This document shows positions 1 to 8,496 of a DNA stretch of 64,000 bases, in pieces. The stretch is taken from contig JBDRJQ010000029.1 of NCBI GenBank assembly GCA_043814765.1, forward strand, positions 80,821 through 144,820. The letters run 5' to 3'. The position numbers and the translations under genes were made by a program. The notes beneath the pieces are model-generated. The model had not been told where the DNA came from, made no database searches, and saw only the letters and a program-made list of their open reading frames with translations. This stretch comes from Nanobdellota archaeon (GTDB taxonomy: Archaea; Aenigmatarchaeota; Aenigmatarchaeia; QMZP01). How positions within the stretch are numbered: the stretch's first letter is position 1; each line of letters starts with the position of its first letter.

Positions 1-3000
1 ACTGTAGCCTTCATCAGTCATTCCATCGCAGTCGTTGTCTAGACCGTCGCATATCTCAAATTCAGGTCCCTGGAAAGGAGGCTGACTTGGAATGTCTTCG
101 CACACTGCTCCCCATATTCCGCTATAACACTTCTGCTGGCCTTCGCTGCATTCTCCTGTATTGGTTCCGCATATCATTGTTTCTCCTAATATGCATGCAC
201 AACCTTCATTGATTAGGCCGTCGCAGTCGTTGTCTCTGAAATCATCACAACCATTATCCGGAAGCGGCCCTTCAGGATTATAGTAAGGGCTATCTTCTAA
301 GTAAGGGGCATTCTGGTCGTCGCCACAGCATGCGTGGTAGCCTGGCTGGCCTGTCCATGTGTAGTGACATTTTTCTTCACAACCATCCTGACCGTAGCCT
401 TCATCAGTCAGTCCATCGCAATCGTTGTCTAAACCGTCGCATATCTCAAATTCAGGTCCAACATATCCTGGACCATCACAATCTCCCCATTTAAAGTTGA
501 CACATTCCTGTGTGCCGAATTCGCACACTCCTTCATCGGTTCCGCATATTGGGGGTATTGTAGTATCATCACATTCACAGCCTTCATCTATACTGCCGTC
601 ACAATCATTGTCCCAACCAGGTGGGTCACAGCTTAGTGGAAAATCAGGATCTTCAATTGATATGTAAGGATTGTCTTCCTTGTAAGGATAAATTATATCA
701 TCACCGCAACAGGCATGGTAGCCTGGCTGGCCTGTCCAAGTAAACAAAGGCTCACAAAGTTCTAAACAATCATCTGCATCAAAACCTTCATCAATCATTT
801 CATCGCAGTCGTTGTCTAAACCGTCGCAGATTTCTTCCACACATTCTGTACAAAAGCCTAGCTCGCAACATACTGATCCTATGGTTCCAAAACCATGCCA
901 TATCTTTGGGTTTGTACAAAGTTCATCTGGATTGCTTATTCCGCCACACTCTTCACCGCCTATGTCTGTGCAGCTGCATCCAAAATCAAATTCATCAATA
1001 AGAATGTCACAATCGTTGTCTATGGTATCTATGCACATTGCTGGTCCTGTTTCAACCACACCAGGGTTTATGTTGGGATTAAAATCATTACAATCAGGAA
1101 GTCCAGGATAATAAGTTGAATCATCGGTCTTTGAGCCGCAGATTGTGTAGGTATCACCATCTTGATCAAAGTTCTCGTCTATTTGACCGTCGCAGTCGTT
1201 GTCTAAACCGTCGCAGATTTCGATTCCATTGTTTGTAATTACACATTTACATTCGTCTGGCTCGCAACATTCATATTGTGGATCATCAGTAATGTCGGGG
1301 TTTTGAGGGTTCCACCATCCGTCTTCGTTTGTACCATCATCACAGGCTTCGCCTGGACCAAGCTCCCAACCGTCACATCGCTCGTGTCCAGGATAGGAAT
1401 CCTCACAGTTGCACATTGTATTTGGATATGGAAGTCCATCTTCATCAAACCATATAGTTACATCAATATCATCATCTTCATCTGTTTTTAATCCCCAAAC
1501 TCCGCCATCACAATCGTCATCTATGCCGTTTGTACAGTCCTCTTCTACAGGGAAAACAGCATCGCATGGCCCCCAAGCAGTGCCTCCTCCAATTACGTCT
1601 ATGCATGTTTGGATAGCTGTTGTGCATGCACCATCTTCAGTAACTCCACAAGTACGCGTCTGGTCAACTGTACACGGCTGACAGTACGACCCTCCAGCAT
1701 CTGGAATTTTACAGCAGTATTTTGAGCTCATCTGACCAGACACAACACCATGGAAGTCGACAATATTGTACTGGTCTGGACATTCAGGTGTGGGATCATC
1801 GCATATCTCTCCACCTAGACTTGCACAGTCACAATTAGTATCGCAGTTGTCATATTCTTTGCCGTCATCAATGCAATCCTGATTGTAGTAAGTAAGCAAT
1901 GGATCGTTGTCCTTGTCTTCCTGTGTTACGCTGCCGTCACAATCGTTGTCTACACCATAAATACTGCAAAGGTTACCAATCCCGCCTGGTTCAGTTCCGT
2001 CAACTCTTTCAAGCTGTCCTGGGTGTCTGCAACGAGCACAGTCATGTATCAAATTACATGTTAAACCTAAACCCAATGGCCCTGTATCGCATATTGAATT
2101 CCCAGTGTTGCCATAATCAGGGTCGTCACTAGTATCATCATCACAGTCTGGTGTTCCAGGATCATTATACCATTCCGGATCATCTGTTCTTGATCCCTTA
2201 CCATTTCCGCAGTCTACTGTGTATTTGTCCCAATCTTTATCAAAATTTTCGTCAACATACCGGCAGTCTATCGTACCGCATTCTGAATTACCAGAAGCAC
2301 TGGTACAGGGCACTGTTAACTCTTGATCACAAAATCCTTTACAGTTGTTGTCTTTGCCGTCACATAGTTCAGGGGCGCCTGGATAAATGTCTGGATCTGC
2401 GTCATTACAATCTTCTATTTCAGGATGGCCGCATGTGTAAAGGGTGTCTTCATCATATTCAATGATACCGTAGCCGTCGCCATCTTTATCATTGCAATCT
2501 CTGCACTCGCCTGTCATAGCATACCATCTTGCATAAGGATCGTTAAAAGGATCAAGATGTTTTGTAAAGAACAGCATCCAGTTGGCGTTTTCGTCCAACA
2601 CCTGAGAAAGCATTGCACTCTGGTCATACATCAGAGTATCTATGCCTTTAAAAGGGAAATAATCTTCCCATGTATCTCCAATAGGCAAATGGAGTGTTTG
2701 CAAAAAGTTGTCAAGATTTAAATCATATAAAACGTCACTAAAATCTCCTGGAACAGGCTTGCCTGTGTTTGAATCTACAGGAATCCACTTAAGTTTCTGT
2801 ATAGCGTCTGGAGAAGTATCCAATACAAGTTGCCAGTATTTGCTCTCTTCCTGTCCTGATGCAATATATTTGCTTATCCATAATTTGTTTGGATTGCCCA
2901 GTATTCCTGTCTGATCAAATGTTAAAGCGTCTATATGATTACTTGGCGGCCCGTCAAAAAAATCATGTATTTCTCCAGGAGGCTCGTACGCTAATATTGC

Positions 3001-5523
3001 ATTGTTTATCCATTCCCAAACCAATGAGAGTTCTACAGGAGCCAGGGTAGGGTATATCTTTCCTGCCTCTTTCCAGAACAGCCAGGCATCACCACCGGCA
3101 GTTATCAAAAGTACCTGTCCCAGTGGATTCCAGTTGTCAGGTAAAATTCCAGCAACTTTTAACTGGCTCTCAATTTCCGCAATAAATTCTTGAGGTAGGT
3201 ATGTTGCAGATTCTACGCCTGTTGCTGGGAAATTCTCTGGCCATCCCATCGCATTTAATAAAAAATTCATTGAACCCTGAAGGTTTCCTGGTGGCAACCA
3301 ATGATGTTTTAAACTAGCAGTTGCTGGTATGTCATCTGTATCACAGCCGTTAAAATCATTGGATTCGTGATCCGGTGGGAACATCAGCCAATAAGCGTTT
3401 TCATCAAACATCCATATTATATTATCTGTTACTGAAAAACCATAACTAGGATCATAAAGTACAGCATCTATGTTAGCAGGGCAGTCTACATCAAATTCTG
3501 GTTTTCCGCATGGCAGTCCCTTTTCCCATATTGGGCTATCAGGATTTGAGTTATCACAATACCATCCAACGTTTTGCCAGATACCGTTTATAGTTCCTGT
3601 GGCCCATTCCTGTTGGTGTAAAATACCTTCATTGCATTGCCCTACACCACAGTCCAAATCCTTAAAACACGGTGTTAAACCATCGTCGCAAAGGCCCTCT
3701 TCATAATAACCATCAACCAAACCATCACAGTTTTCATCCATCAAATTTCCGCAGAGCTCGTTTGCACCTGGGTTTATGCATCTTGCGCAGGAGGCACACT
3801 CAACTGTACCGCATTCGCATGACCCAATATCTCCAGAAGGAATTGAACAATAAAGCGGATCTGGACCATAATCTCCTTGACCGTTTGAACTATCTTTGCA
3901 ATCAACAACTACGCCTATAGTCTGACATTCATAAAGAGGCCATCCGTCATCATCTTCATCCACGCTAGTGGTAAGATCATCTATTAAACCGTTGCAGTCA
4001 TTGTCTAGACCGTCACATAATTCTATTGCATCAGGGTGCACACTAGGATTGGCATCATCACAATCCAATCCATCATTAACGCATGTCGGTTCATTATTGG
4101 CTCCATATCCGTCACTGTCTGCATCTACGCATTCAATGCATGCACTTATTATAGAAAACCAATTCTGATCGTCTGTCATTAAAAATATCCAACCAGCATC
4201 TGGATATATGATATGAGACATCATTCCTTCCTTGTCATATACCAGGCTGTCTATGCCCTCTGTTGGAAACAGATAAGATTCCCCTTCTTCATTAAGATAA
4301 TCCAAAAGACCAAAATATTCCAGAATAAAACCAAGCTCTCCTGGCACTGGTTGTAACTGGTGATCTTTTGGATACCAATCAAATACTCCACTAACTTCAT
4401 CCCAAGTAACGCCCCAATACCTGCTCTGCTTGTTTGCATAGTTCGGATCGTATTTAGTTATCCATACAGCATCACTTATATCGCCGAGCATCATACCCTG
4501 ATAATCAAATGTCATAGAATCTAGTGTGGTTGGCACTGGATCACCGGGCTCAAGTGGCATACCAATATCGGTTAAAAAATCAGAAAGAAGACCATCAGCG
4601 TATTCTACAATCTCATCACCATTAGAATCATAAAAAATCCAGTATTTGTCATCCGCAGTAATCATAATCATTGGATAATTTTTCTGAAGAAAACCATCTT
4701 TTATATAAGTTGCTGCATCCACACCATCTGTTGGAAAGTCTCCGGTAGGGAAGGCTTGAGTAAGCAAAGAGTTTATGCTTCTTGGAGAAATCCACCAATA
4801 ACCGTTAAGATCGCTTGGATTGCATGGACCTGTGTACAAACTTTTATCATACATCTTCCATTGCCAATCCCCCTTTGATACCCATATATAATTATCTGTG
4901 TTTCCAAACCCCTTTGTTGGATCATAGAGCATAGCATCTATGCCATCTATTGGGCAGTCAGGACCAGGACAGAGCTCAATTCCTGTTTCTGTTTTAGTAG
5001 GCATTCCATTATGCCATTCCAGTGTATCTGTATCACACCAATGACCAAGCCAAGTAACAAGTCCTGATAAAAGCCCTTTATTCCACTTGAATCTTACAGG
5101 CTGATTATTTTCATCATAATAACCATCAACCAAATCATCACAGTTTTCATCTACTAAATTACCACAGAGCTCGTTCATTCCAGGGTTTATACAGCGTGCA
5201 CAAAGATAAGCATAAGGCTGACTGCAAGGAATTCCTATGCCCATATTGAGAGGATCGGCTGGGCACTCACCTCCACATATCACCAAATCACCTGGATTGC
5301 CTTGCGGATCATCATTGCAATTATCATCGCAATCATCTCCTCCTAATGGATTTGGACAATCGTCAGTCTCTTCACAAAAACCATCACCATCCATATCATA
5401 GCAACCAATTACGCTTGTACAATCCGGTGTTGACTGTGCGCTGGTTGTGTTGGAAGAATTAATCGTTAATGATACAGTTAATAGAACCACTAAAAAAACT
5501 AGAAAAACGTTTTTCTTTTTCAT
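1..5523 (-). CDS. Giant secreted cysteine-rich repeat protein (>=1841 aa; C-terminus lies beyond the window edge). It has a signal peptide, many C..DGxDNDCDGxxDE-type Cys-rich repeats and two hemopexin-like four-blade modules
   Basis: Absent from the ORF track because there is no stop codon inside the window. The minus-strand frame is open from ATG at 5523 (MKKKNVFLVFLVVLLTVSLTINSSNTTSAQ...) down to position 1. Hand translation was checked at 1-69, 2701-2760 and 4100-5523. The + strand ORFs listed in this region are antisense shadows. Confidence 0.85.
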   Translation of the reverse strand, partial: MKKKNVFLVFLVVLLTVSLTINSSNTTSAQSTPDCTSVIGCYDMDGDGFCEETDDCPNPLGGDDCDDNCNDDPQGNPGDLVICGGECPADPLNMGIGIPCSQPYAYLCARCINPGMNELCGNLVDENCDDLVDGYYDENNQPVRFKWNKGLLSGLVTWLGHWCDTDTLEWHNGMPTKTETGIELCPGPDCPIDGIDAMLYDPTKGFGNTDNYIWVSKGDWQWKMYDKSLYTGPCNPSDLNGYWWISPRSINSLLTQAFPTGDFPTDGVDAATYIKDGFLQKNYPMIMITADDKYWIFYDSNGDEIVEYADGLLSDFLTDIGMPLEPGDPVPTTLDSMTFDYQGMMLGDISDAVWITKYDPNYANKQSRYWGVTWDEVSGVFDWYPKDHQLQPVPGELGFILEYFGLLDYLNEEGESYLFPTEGIDSLVYDKEGMMSHIIYPDAGWIFLMTDDQNWFSIISACIECVDADSDGYGANNEPTCVNDGLDCDDANPSVHPDAIELCDGLDNDCNGLIDDLTTSVDEDDDGWPLYECQTIGVVVDCKDSSNGQGDYGPDPLYCSIPSGDIGSCECGTVECASCARCINPGANELCGNLMDENCDGLVDGYYEEGLCDDGLTPCFKDLDCGVGQCNEGILHQQEWATGTINGIWQNVGWYCDNSNPDSPIWEKGLPCGKPEFDVDCPANIDAVLYDPSYGFSVTDNIIWMFDENAYWLMFPPDHESNDFNGCDTDDIPATASLKHHWLPPGNLQGSMNFLLNAMGWPENFPATGVESATYLPQEFIAEIESQLKVAGILPDNWNPLGQVLLITAGGDAWLFWKEAGKIYPTLAPVELSLVWEWINNAILAYEPPGEIHDFFDGPPSNHIDALTFDQTGILGNPNKLWISKYIASGQEESKYWQLVLDTSPDAIQKLKWIPVDSNTGKPVPGDFSDVLYDLNLDNFLQTLHLPIGDTWEDYFPFKGIDTLMYDQSAMLSQVLDENANWMLFFTKHLDPFNDPYARWYAMTGECRDCNDKDGDGYGIIEYDEDTLYTCGHPEIEDCNDADPDIYPGAPELCDGKDNNCKGFCDQELTVPCTSASGNSECGTIDCRYVDENFDKDWDKYTVDCGNGKGSRTDDPEWYNDPGTPDCDDDTSDDPDYGNTGNSICDTGPLGLGLTCNLIHDCARCRHPGQLERVDGTEPGGIGNLCSIYGVDNDCDGSVTQEDKDNDPLLTYYNQDCIDDGKEYDNCDTNCDCASLGGEICDDPTPECPDQYNIVDFHGVVSGQMSSKYCCKIPDAGGSYCQPCTVDQTRTCGVTEDGACTTAIQTCIDVIGGGTAWGPCDAVFPVEEDCTNGIDDDCDGGVWGLKTDEDDDIDVTIWFDEDGLPYPNTMCNCEDSYPGHERCDGWELGPGEACDDGTNEDGWWNPQNPDITDDPQYECCEPDECKCVITNNGIEICDGLDNDCDGQIDENFDQDGDTYTICGSKTDDSTYYPGLPDCNDFNPNINPGVVETGPAMCIDTIDNDCDILIDEFDFGCSCTDIGGEECGGISNPDELCTNPKIWHGFGTIGSVCCELGFCTECVEEICDGLDNDCDEMIDEGFDADDCLELCEPLFTWTGQPGYHACCGDDIIYPYKEDNPYISIEDPDFPLSCDPPGWDNDCDGSIDEGCECDDTTIPPICGTDEGVCEFGTQECVNFKWGDCDGPGYVGPEFEICDGLDNDCDGLTDEGYGQDGCEEKCHYTWTGQPGYHACCGDDQNAPYLEDSPYYNPEGPLPDNGCDDFRDNDCDGLINEGCACILGETMICGTNTGECSEGQQKCYSGIWGAVCEDIPSQPPFQGPEFEICDGLDNDCDGMTDEGYS

Positions 5524-5656
5524 TGAATTATATTTTGTTGTTGAATAATAAAAAGCTGATACAATTTAACTAAATAATTTGTTAATTGGTTAACTATTCA
5601 AAACAATAATATAATTAATTTATTTAATATTAGAATATTATACAGGTTTTGAAAAC

Positions 5657-6721
5657 ATGAAATTTACAACAAAGAAAAATTTAGAGAAACTGGCATCGTT
5701 TTTGGAAATCGATGGTAGCAAGATACTCTTCTATCATAATGATGCAGACGGTATAACTTCTGCAGCGCTTTTTCTAAAGTTCTTTCACGATTTTGATCCA
5801 AGACAGAGAAAGGGACCTATGATAGATGACGATTTTATAAAAGAATTGGAGATAGAATGTCCTGATCTGGTTGTCTTTTTAGACTTGCAGGTGGATAGGG
5901 ACTGGGAAAAGTTACAATCACTTTTAAAAAAGCTCCCCAATTTAAAAATTGTAATTATTGATCATCATATATTTGACAAAAATATGAACTCTGAGAAGAT
6001 TGTGCACATAAACCCTATATTTGATTCAGATGTTTACATACCAGCAAGCGCTGTAGTTTATCAGCTTTTGAAAGATATGGAGAAAAACGTAAAGCCTTAT
6101 ATATGGATCTCCTGTATGGGCATAATAGGTGATTACGGTTTTGACGATAAATTCTGTAAAAGTATTTTTAATGAATGTAAAAAAATGTATCCTGAACTTA
6201 TTGAAGAATCGCCGCAGAATTCAAAACTTGCCGAAGGTGTTAAAATGGTTTCAGCAGCGACGTCTGTACGTGGTTTTGTTGGTGTAGAAAAGGCTTTGGA
6301 ATCCTTGCTCCAAGCAAGATATTATAAGGATTTTTCATCCATAAAGATATTTGAAAAATGGACTACATTAGCAAAAACTGATTTTGATAAAGCAATTAAA
6401 AGAGCAGAAGTAAAAAAGACTGTTATAGATAAAGTCGTTTTCTTTCCAGTTAAGGCAAAATACGGCATACACTCGGATATAGGAACACGTCTTGGTGAGA
6501 AGTATAAGGATAGTGTTATAGTAACAATAAGGGATCTTGATAACGGTTGGTATAAAATAGGCATGAGGGCCCAGAGTGGAAAATTTAATCTGGCTAATAT
6601 TATAAAGAAATGTGTAAAGGGTATTGGTTCTGGTGGCGGTCATGTAAAAGCCGCAGGCCTTATTGTAAATGATTTGGAAAAATTTAAGAAAAGGCTATTG
6701 AAAGAAGTGAACAAAAAGTAA
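5657..6721 (+). CDS. DHH-family phosphoesterase (RecJ-like / NrnA-like, DHH + DHHA1)
   Basis: Motifs YHNDADG (DxD), IIDHH (DHH) and C-terminal GSGGGHVKAAG (the DHHA1 GGGH motif). Confidence 0.75.
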   Translation: MKFTTKKNLEKLASFLEIDGSKILFYHNDADGITSAALFLKFFHDFDPRQRKGPMIDDDFIKELEIECPDLVVFLDLQVDRDWEKLQSLLKKLPNLKIVIIDHHIFDKNMNSEKIVHINPIFDSDVYIPASAVVYQLLKDMEKNVKPYIWISCMGIIGDYGFDDKFCKSIFNECKKMYPELIEESPQNSKLAEGVKMVSAATSVRGFVGVEKALESLLQARYYKDFSSIKIFEKWTTLAKTDFDKAIKRAEVKKTVIDKVVFFPVKAKYGIHSDIGTRLGEKYKDSVIVTIRDLDNGWYKIGMRAQSGKFNLANIIKKCVKGIGSGGGHVKAAGLIVNDLEKFKKRLLKEVNKK

Positions 6722-6758
6722 AATCTCAGTTTTTGGATTAAACCTTTTAGAAAAAGGT

Positions 6759-7388
6759 TTATTTAAATTTCAAAATTAGGAATAAGTGATCCTTTTCATA
6801 TGGATCCAGTTCTACTTTATCTAAGATTTTGAAAACCTGTTCTAGTTTTTTAGTTTCCTGTTTGTAGATTTCTCTAGGAGGTTTTGTAACATCAATGCTT
6901 CTGGACTTTATTGCAATCATTGCAGTGCCATCTTTTTTTAGAAACCTTTGACAGTTTCTTATTAGAATCTCGCTCTGGTCATTTGCTGCAACATCTTGGA
7001 AAACTAAATCAATTGGCTCTATCCAAGAATAATCCTGAGGTTTTCTTGCGTCAGCAAGAACCGGTACTATGTTGCCACGTTTCTCTGCAACAGTGTTCAA
7101 GTCACGAACACATCTTTCGGATATTTCTACTCCGTATATAACACCGTTATTTTCTATGATATCTGAAAAGAATGATGCAGTAGAACCAGATGCTATTCCA
7201 AGATAAAGAATTTTGTCGTTCTTTTTAAGGTTGAAATTTTTTACACCCTTCATTATTCCTGCGGCTGCTTTGGACTTTGTTGGATCCCATTCTCTGTATT
7301 CTATTTCCCCTTTTTCACTATGCTTTTTGTAAAATTCTTCTGTCCAGGGACAAGGGATTTTGTAAACAATTTTTTTCCATCTCTCCAA
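6759..7388 (-). CDS. flpA: Fibrillarin, the C/D-box sRNP rRNA/tRNA 2'-O-methyltransferase
   Basis: Typical archaeal fibrillarin sequence: REWDPTKSKAAA, SAM-binding motif ILYLGIASGSTASF, DVAANDQSEI. About 209 aa. Confidence 0.93.
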   Translation of the reverse strand: MERWKKIVYKIPCPWTEEFYKKHSEKGEIEYREWDPTKSKAAAGIMKGVKNFNLKKNDKILYLGIASGSTASFFSDIIENNGVIYGVEISERCVRDLNTVAEKRGNIVPVLADARKPQDYSWIEPIDLVFQDVAANDQSEILIRNCQRFLKKDGTAMIAIKSRSIDVTKPPREIYKQETKKLEQVFKILDKVELDPYEKDHLFLILKFK

Positions 7389-7675
7389 AGGCCGTCAGAT
7401 ATCATTTTCATAAAGAAAAATAGTATTTGTTGGTTAAAAACTACGCCTTTGATGGTTTCCAAAAGTATACCTTTTCCTATTTTATCCGGTGTGACGAGTG
7501 AAAATAGAAGAGTTTAAAAGTCCTGTTTGGTCTTGTTTTACTCTAATAAAGGAGTAAATTGGCTTTTTAGCCTAAAAACTAGCTATTAAAGCATAGAAAA
7601 GCTTATAAAGCTTATATTTAAGGCATTATTAGATAGTTGAAAAAATAGAAGAAAGGTGGTAAGAGGTGATAGGAT

Positions 7676-8173
7676 ATGTCTGTATTTATGTGTCAAATAT
7701 GCAAAGAACCTGTGACAAGTTTTATGTGTCCGAATCGCCTCGCTGTGAGCATAAGGGATTGGTTACCGTCTGGGTTTGTGGATAACTTTGTAAGGATGCA
7801 CAACACTCTTCTGGTACATTTTAGTAAAGACAGTTGTGACTTTGAACATCAACACAGTCAATGCGGATCAAGGAACATAATATGTGGAGGAAAAAACAGG
7901 GTCAGTATCTGCGCCTTCTGTTATATAGCAGAAGTTTATGACTGGTTGAAAAACAAAAACACTGTTCTTGCAGACCAGTTTTTACACGTCTTTTCACTTG
8001 GATACAAAAAGATAAGATTCAAACTTGATAGAAAGATTATAAGAGAACCTATTCTAGATACAATAACCTGGAAAACCGATAGCGGTATATGCGATGAATG
8101 CGGCGAGTATTCGGATGAATTAAAATTGCAGAGAAAGGAATGGGTGTGTGAAGCGTGCAGTCATGGGGATTAA
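7676..8173 (+). CDS. Hypothetical cysteine-rich protein with N- and C-terminal zinc-ribbon-like CxxC pairs
   Basis: CQIC...C near the N-terminus and CDECGEYS...VCEAC at the C-terminus. A GGTGG/GAGGTG SD-like sequence lies upstream. I did not recognise a family. Confidence 0.5.
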   Translation: MSVFMCQICKEPVTSFMCPNRLAVSIRDWLPSGFVDNFVRMHNTLLVHFSKDSCDFEHQHSQCGSRNIICGGKNRVSICAFCYIAEVYDWLKNKNTVLADQFLHVFSLGYKKIRFKLDRKIIREPILDTITWKTDSGICDECGEYSDELKLQRKEWVCEACSHGD

Positions 8174-8460
8174 TTTTCCCCAAGTTCCTTTTTTATTTTT
8201 TTCATACTCTTGCCCTGTTTTGATAATCGCCTGTATGATTCTATAACTTCTATGAATCCTATTATGATTAGGGACCATCCTATTATATGATAGATTGTCT
8301 GTGTAAGAAAATTGAGTATAGCCACGCCAACAGCAATAAACGTCAGACCTGTTCTCATAAAAGACAATATTGTCCTCTCCTTAGAGAGCACGGTTTGCTG
8401 TTTTGTAAAAATAACCTGCTTTTCTTGTAATGATATCTTTTTTTTGCGTTTTCCTTTCAT
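8170..8460 (-). CDS. Small membrane protein, DUF202/YidH-like
   Basis: KERTILSFMRTGLTFIAVG motif followed by two predicted TM helices. Confidence 0.55.
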   Translation of the reverse strand: MKGKRKKKISLQEKQVIFTKQQTVLSKERTILSFMRTGLTFIAVGVAILNFLTQTIYHIIGWSLIIIGFIEVIESYRRLSKQGKSMKKIKKELGEN

Positions 8461-8496
8461 TTAAATAATTATTAGTTTGTTTTCTTAATATAAAGC

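Noticed and set aside
1-1230. DGR-style template/variable repeat pair as an explanation for the near-identical 69-nt segments in the giant gene.
   Set aside because: The four differences (t/c, t/g, g/a, g/a on the + strand) are not adenine-specific, both copies are coding modules of the same protein, and no RT gene is nearby.
425-4168. About fifteen + strand ORFs of 60-104 aa listed in the track (for example 425..667, 2151..2465 and 3672..3920).
   Set aside because: They lie antisense to one continuous minus-strand reading frame of more than 1841 codons with coherent domain structure. Their translations are low-complexity S/P/H/C-rich shadows.
7389-7675. A possible C/D-box sRNA or tRNA in the long spacer upstream of flpA (UGAUGG and GUGACGA on the + strand; AAUGAUAUCUGA on the - strand).
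   Set aside because: There is no complete C-D'-C'-D arrangement with about 12-nt guides. No T-arm GGTTCRAATCC or cloverleaf was found on either strand.
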